In this document: positions 60,048 to 64,000 of the stretch, piece after piece
Numbering within the stretch: position 1 is the first letter of the stretch
Layout of the letters: every line of letters starts with the position of its first letter
DNA from: Patescibacteria group bacterium
GTDB lineage: Bacteria > Patescibacteriota > Patescibacteriia > Veblenbacterales > UBA10138
DNA: 64,000 bases
Reading direction: 5' to 3'
NCBI GenBank assembly: GCA_041645215.1
Contig: JBAZQK010000007.1
Location: 8,976 to 72,975 of the forward strand
The notes under the pieces: generated by a model
Database searches by the model: none
The model's input: the letters and a program-made list of their open reading frames with translations, nothing else
What the model was told of the DNA's origin: nothing
Translations under genes and position numbers: made by a program

Positions 60048-60222
60048 GAGATGGTTTCAAAACTCATTTCTGCTGTAATTTCATCTTTTCGGCTGCGACT
60101 TCGTCAGGCTTCGCAAAAAGGATTTCACCGTAATTATACTACGTTTCAATTCTTTTTGCTCGCCTTCCTCGTCTCGCGAGAAAAACTGAAATTTCGCCAC
60201 GAAAGAGTTTTGGAACCATCTC
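60048..60222 (-). mobile_element. Y-family copy Y2 (inverted relative to Y1)
   Basis: Reverse complement of 27463-27637. Confidence 0.75.
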
Positions 60223-60260
60223 TCTAAGTTTAATGTAGCAATAATCTAATTTTAACTGAT

Positions 60261-60740
60261 TTAAAGCTTTTTTTCAAACTGGGATTGATCCAAAGTCTGA
60301 TTATCATTAAGTTGCCCGGAAACGGCTAAATTCGACTTAAAAACCCATAAATTTAAAATCGTAAAATAAATCACGGCCGCCGTCCCGTTTACCAAAAACT
60401 TGGCTGGCAAATCCGGCCAAGCCCCGCCGCCAACTAATCCCCATAACGACAATTCCATTACCCCCAAATATATAAGCGACACGGCTAAGAACCGACCATA
60501 CTGCTTAAGTGTACGATTGCTCCCTTGACCAAACGTCCACTGCCCGTTAATCAAGTAACTGCTTAAGTTGGCTACAAAAAATGACGCCGCGTTAGCCAAC
60601 AAATAAAATTCTCTCCCCCCGGGCACCCCCCGCGTCAGGGCAAAATAAATTGTAAAATCCAAAACAAAATTACCCGCCCCCACTACTAAAAACCGTCCCA
60701 AGCGCTTGGCTGGCGGCCAAATTAAGTCCAGTTTAATCAT
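60261..60740 (-). CDS. GtrA-family membrane protein
   Basis: 4 TM segments with an 'LxxFxxVGxxxxxxD' N-terminal pattern. Confidence 0.65.
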   Translation of the reverse strand: MIKLDLIWPPAKRLGRFLVVGAGNFVLDFTIYFALTRGVPGGREFYLLANAASFFVANLSSYLINGQWTFGQGSNRTLKQYGRFLAVSLIYLGVMELSLWGLVGGGAWPDLPAKFLVNGTAAVIYFTILNLWVFKSNLAVSGQLNDNQTLDQSQFEKKL

Positions 60741-60762
60741 AATCTTTTAGACCTAACCCGGT

Positions 60763-63027
60763 TTAACGGGCTGTACCAACGGTTAAACCGCCCCGCCAAT
60801 TTTTGGGTTCAATAAAAAAACTTGACATAACTTGATTCTGACCATTAAACACTCGCACTTGCGGTCCGCCGCCCACGCCGGGGGTGGCCACTATTTCGCG
60901 GCTGCCATTACCATCGGTATCACCCACCGCCACGTTCACGCCGCCCCGGAAATTTTTAGCAAAGGCAAAAAACTGACGCAGAACGCGACCCTGATAATTA
61001 AACACTCGCACTTGCGGTCCGCCGCCGGCTCCGGGAGCAACTACTATTTCCGCCTTGCCGTCGCCATCGGTATCACCCACCGCCACGTTCACGCCGCCCG
61101 GGAAAGCCCAGGAAAAAGCGTAAAACTCGCTCCTTTTATTACCAAACTTGTCAAATACGCGAATCGGCAAACGCAAATTACCCGCGGGCGCGGTTACTAT
61201 TTCCGGCTGGCCGTCGCCGTCAGTATCGCCCACCGCCACGTTCACACCGCCAATATAAGACGGGTCGTACGGTATGAACTGGTACAGAATATTTCCCGCT
61301 TCATCATAAATTCTAACTAAATTAGAGCCGCCTTTGCCAACCCCAATTACAATCTCGTCTTTTTTATCAGCTGTAAAATCCGCCACCGCCACGCTCAAAC
61401 CACCCCGAAACTGTTCGGGCAAGGCCATAAATTGCGATTCCAACCCGCCTTTTAAATTAAAAATTTTGACATGCGGACCGCCGCCGGCCCGCGGCACAGT
61501 GACAACGTCAATTTGCCCGTCGCCATCCACATCACCGGCCGCCACATTAATGCCTTTGGTATAGCGCGCGTCATAGGCCAAAAACTTTTGCATTAATTCA
61601 CTGGATAAATCGTACAGCGCTATTTCCGCCGTGGCGTTAGTCTGCGGCGCTAAAAAAATCGGCGTCTTGCGGCTAAAGACTTTACTGCCGGCCAGCGCAA
61701 AGGCTTTTTGCAAATTCAGCCGGCGTCCCAACTGCCCCACCTGTCCCGGATTGGCATTGTCAACTAAATCGCCCGCGGCAATTAACACATCGCGCAGTTG
61801 TGACGGCGATAAATTGGGATAGGCTGATTTTAACAAGGCCAGCGAACCTGACACTAACGGCGCCGCCACTGATGTGCCCGACCAATAACCGCCATAATAA
61901 TCCTGAAACAAATTGTTGGCTTTATCAACAAACTGGGTACTATAAATTTTTACGCCCGGCGCCGCCAAATCAATGCACTTGGAACCAAAATTGGAAAACT
62001 CGGCTCGCACGTCGTTATCATCCACCGCCGCCACGCCAATCACCTGATTTTCACCATTAAACCCGTCACTACAAACCGGATAGTGCGGCTGCTTGTTCAT
62101 ATCTACGCCCATTTGCTGTTCATTACCCGCCGCCGCCACCACCAAAATGCCGGCCTGATAAGCGCGCTGAATCGCATCTTCCAAAATTGGGTCGGAAAAC
62201 TGACCGACAAAACTCAAATTGATAATATCGGCATGGTTAGCAATTGCGTACTGAATGCCGCGCGCTACCGTTACCGTGTCGCCCAAGCCACGGCCGTCCA
62301 ACACCCGAATGGGCATAAGGCGGGCATGCCAAGCCAGGCCCGCCACGCCTTGAACATTATTGCCGATGGCCGCGGCCACGCCGGCCACAATCGTGCCGTG
62401 GTTCATCGCCACCTCATTCCAACCGGCGTCAAACTTTGGTTCAGGGTCGGCCACATTGGCCACAAAATCCCAACCGTTCAGGTCGTCAATATAGCCGTTT
62501 TTATCATTGTCTTGTTTGTCGTTCGGCACCTCCCACGGATTAAACCAAATATTGCTGGCCAAATCCGGATTGCTGACATCGACGCCAGTATCAAGCACGG
62601 CGATTACGGAACGAATGGTTTGACTTTGCGGAACATCCCACGCCGCCGGGGCTTTAATCTTATCATAATAATTTTTTTGGAAATTGTAATCCAAATCATT
62701 TGGAATCAGGGCTAAACTGTACTGACGCACGGGCGCGACTAACTTAATGCCCGTCTGCTTGTTTAAATAAGCCTGCGCGGTTTGGGAGTTTAGCCGCTCG
62801 GAACAGCGATAACGCACAATTTGTGATGATGTCGTTACTGCCGCCAAATCGCACGGCGCCGCTACTTTAACCACCGCATCATTAACCACCGCGCCAGTAA
62901 TTTCCGCCGCCGGCAGCTTAGTAAATCCATTGTCAGCCCCATTAACGTTAGCTCCATTAACCAAAAACCCGAGCGCAACTGCCGGGACCACAAGCCAAAT
63001 AATTGTTCTGACTGGTCGTGAATTCAT
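60763..63027 (-). CDS. Secreted subtilisin-like (S8) serine protease fused to a C-terminal FG-GAP/VCBS repeat beta-propeller. The likely start is 'MNSRPVRTIIWLVV'.
   Basis: S8 triad context 'AVLDTGVD', 'HGTIVAGVAAA', 'GTSVAAPLVSG'. Then about 6-7 repeats 'GDTDGDG(Q/K)(P/A)EIV' and 'FRGGVNVAVGD'. Confidence 0.85.
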   Translation of the reverse strand: MNSRPVRTIIWLVVPAVALGFLVNGANVNGADNGFTKLPAAEITGAVVNDAVVKVAAPCDLAAVTTSSQIVRYRCSERLNSQTAQAYLNKQTGIKLVAPVRQYSLALIPNDLDYNFQKNYYDKIKAPAAWDVPQSQTIRSVIAVLDTGVDVSNPDLASNIWFNPWEVPNDKQDNDKNGYIDDLNGWDFVANVADPEPKFDAGWNEVAMNHGTIVAGVAAAIGNNVQGVAGLAWHARLMPIRVLDGRGLGDTVTVARGIQYAIANHADIINLSFVGQFSDPILEDAIQRAYQAGILVVAAAGNEQQMGVDMNKQPHYPVCSDGFNGENQVIGVAAVDDNDVRAEFSNFGSKCIDLAAPGVKIYSTQFVDKANNLFQDYYGGYWSGTSVAAPLVSGSLALLKSAYPNLSPSQLRDVLIAAGDLVDNANPGQVGQLGRRLNLQKAFALAGSKVFSRKTPIFLAPQTNATAEIALYDLSSELMQKFLAYDARYTKGINVAAGDVDGDGQIDVVTVPRAGGGPHVKIFNLKGGLESQFMALPEQFRGGLSVAVADFTADKKDEIVIGVGKGGSNLVRIYDEAGNILYQFIPYDPSYIGGVNVAVGDTDGDGQPEIVTAPAGNLRLPIRVFDKFGNKRSEFYAFSWAFPGGVNVAVGDTDGDGKAEIVVAPGAGGGPQVRVFNYQGRVLRQFFAFAKNFRGGVNVAVGDTDGNGSREIVATPGVGGGPQVRVFNGQNQVMSSFFIEPKNWRGGLTVGTAR

Positions 63028-63168
63028 TAATACTATTATGACAAAAAATCGCTCATAAGGGAAGAGGTTATTCATTTAGCGATGATAATAATTTTATCAA
63101 AATCGCCGCCGCCACATCTTAAAAAAATAAGACCAAACAAAAAACAATTAAATTTTAAAACACCCGAC

Positions 63169-63241
63169 AAATACTTTGATACTGGGAAGCGAAGTCCCGC
63201 ACCGCCCGACTTGGTCGGACTGGTGCGTGGGTATGGAAGTT
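63169..63241. promoter_or_regulatory. Operator-like repeat copy in the protease promoter region, interrupted by a hairpin
   Basis: aaatactttgatactgggaag[39-nt hairpin insert]gtatggaagtt, compared with uninterrupted copies at 63836-63868 and 63934-63966. Confidence 0.45.
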
Positions 63242-63262
63242 TTTGACTAAAAGGTAAGATTA

Positions 63263-63796
63263 TCAATTTTTTAATAATTTAGCCAAGTCTTTATTCAGCT
63301 TACCTTTAATTTGTAATTTACTTAAAGTCTGATAAAGTCGCTTTTTTTGTTGCTGGTTGGCCAAGGCGATAATCTCTTTAATTAAAATCTCCGGCCAAAA
63401 ATACATAGGATACGAGCGGCGTATTTTGACCCACGGTGAATAATAATTTTCGCTATTACTTTTATCTTCATTACTAATATCTTTGTTCTTAGTGCGTTCA
63501 AATACGGCCCGAAAACCATCCCCCGCCTCTTGCAACCAAATATTTATTCGGGCTATAGTTTGGCTACTGACTTTTAAAGTTCGGGTGATATCTTGATAAT
63601 TTTTACCTTGCAACAATAGTTTGGCTATTTTAAGACGCTTAGCCAACATCGTTAGCTCGGAACGCGACAACAAATCCTGAAAAATCATTGCCACATCCTT
63701 AAAACCATGTATGGTCCCCAAAGAACGAAAAAAATCAAGCAACAAATCTTGCTCTTCTTTTTTAGATAAGCGGGCTTGAGGTGAAAATTTGGCCAT
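63263..63796 (-). CDS. TrpR-like (YerC/YecD family) DNA-binding protein with a C-terminal extension. The track start is 63880; the likely start is 'MAKFSPQARL'.
   Basis: 'SRSELTMLAKRLKIAKLLLQGKNYQDITRTLKVSSQTIARINIWL' is an HTH of the Trp-repressor type. Confidence 0.6.
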   Translation of the reverse strand: MAKFSPQARLSKKEEQDLLLDFFRSLGTIHGFKDVAMIFQDLLSRSELTMLAKRLKIAKLLLQGKNYQDITRTLKVSSQTIARINIWLQEAGDGFRAVFERTKNKDISNEDKSNSENYYSPWVKIRRSYPMYFWPEILIKEIIALANQQQKKRLYQTLSKLQIKGKLNKDLAKLLKN

Positions 63797-63835
63797 AGTT
63801 TTTTTATATAATTTATTAGCAATTTTATTATACAC

Positions 63836-63868
63836 CAATACTTTGATACTGGGAAGTATGGAAGTATT
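63836..63868. promoter_or_regulatory. Operator-like repeat copy upstream of the TrpR-like gene
   Basis: caatactttgatactgggaagtatggaagtatt, with an internal dyad atactt...aagtat. A second copy lies at 63934-63966. Confidence 0.45.
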
Positions 63869-64000
63869 TTTTGAAGACAAAAAAAGACCACTGAATATTT
63901 AGCAAATACAAAAAGTGGTATTAAGCCTCAGTAAAATACTTTGATACTGGGAAGTATGGAAGTATTATTCAAATACAAAAAGAGCTCTCAAGAGGACTGT

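Noticed and set aside
60832-62715. Plus-strand ORFs (162, 76, 63, 86 and 210 aa) opposite the S8 protease gene
   Set aside because: They are antisense to a well-supported CDS. Their repetitive HRHVHAA... translation reflects the FG-GAP DNA repeats read in reverse.

Overview
The window looks like a Patescibacteria/CPR-type chromosome segment, judged from its small proteins, monoderm-style type IV pilus, compact cell-wall gene cluster and leaderless-looking starts. That placement is an inference; I could run no searches, and all domain assignments come from motifs recognised by eye. Gene content, in order: a polyamine module (speB agmatinase, speA-like arginine decarboxylase), hpf, prs, and a dispersed dcw cluster (murB, murC, murG, ftsW, murD, mraY). 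Next is a type IV pilus locus (pilB, pilC, two prepilin-like genes, a 480-aa pilus-associated protein, pilM, pilN, pilO and a small membrane protein). Housekeeping genes follow (rpmA, pyrG, rplI, acylphosphatase, ctp, murA), then a dTDP-sugar module (rmlA, rmlD, fdtA-like, rmlB). A low-GC island encodes NUDIX, a B3/4-domain protein, a GNAT, a ComB-like protein and two unknowns. After ahcY and a HIT protein comes a large surface-glycosylation cluster (GT39-like, two GT4, two GT2, epimerases, GtrA) with metK embedded. The window ends with a secreted S8 subtilase fused to FG-GAP repeats next to a TrpR-like regulator. The most unusual property is the density of short repeats. There are at least six families of MITE-like elements with terminal inverted repeats and conserved hairpins. 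One nested insertion carries a 5-bp target-site duplication. The type IV pilin cassette is bracketed by inverted 165-bp copies, and palindromic elements are inserted in-frame in two coding sequences. There is a tandem 113-146-bp repeat array inside the pilus operon. A near-consensus sigma70 promoter drives an ORF-free, structured transcript. Several MITE copies abut gene starts and artificially extend the ORF-track N-termini (pyrG, uxs, the C39-like gene, the TrpR-like gene).
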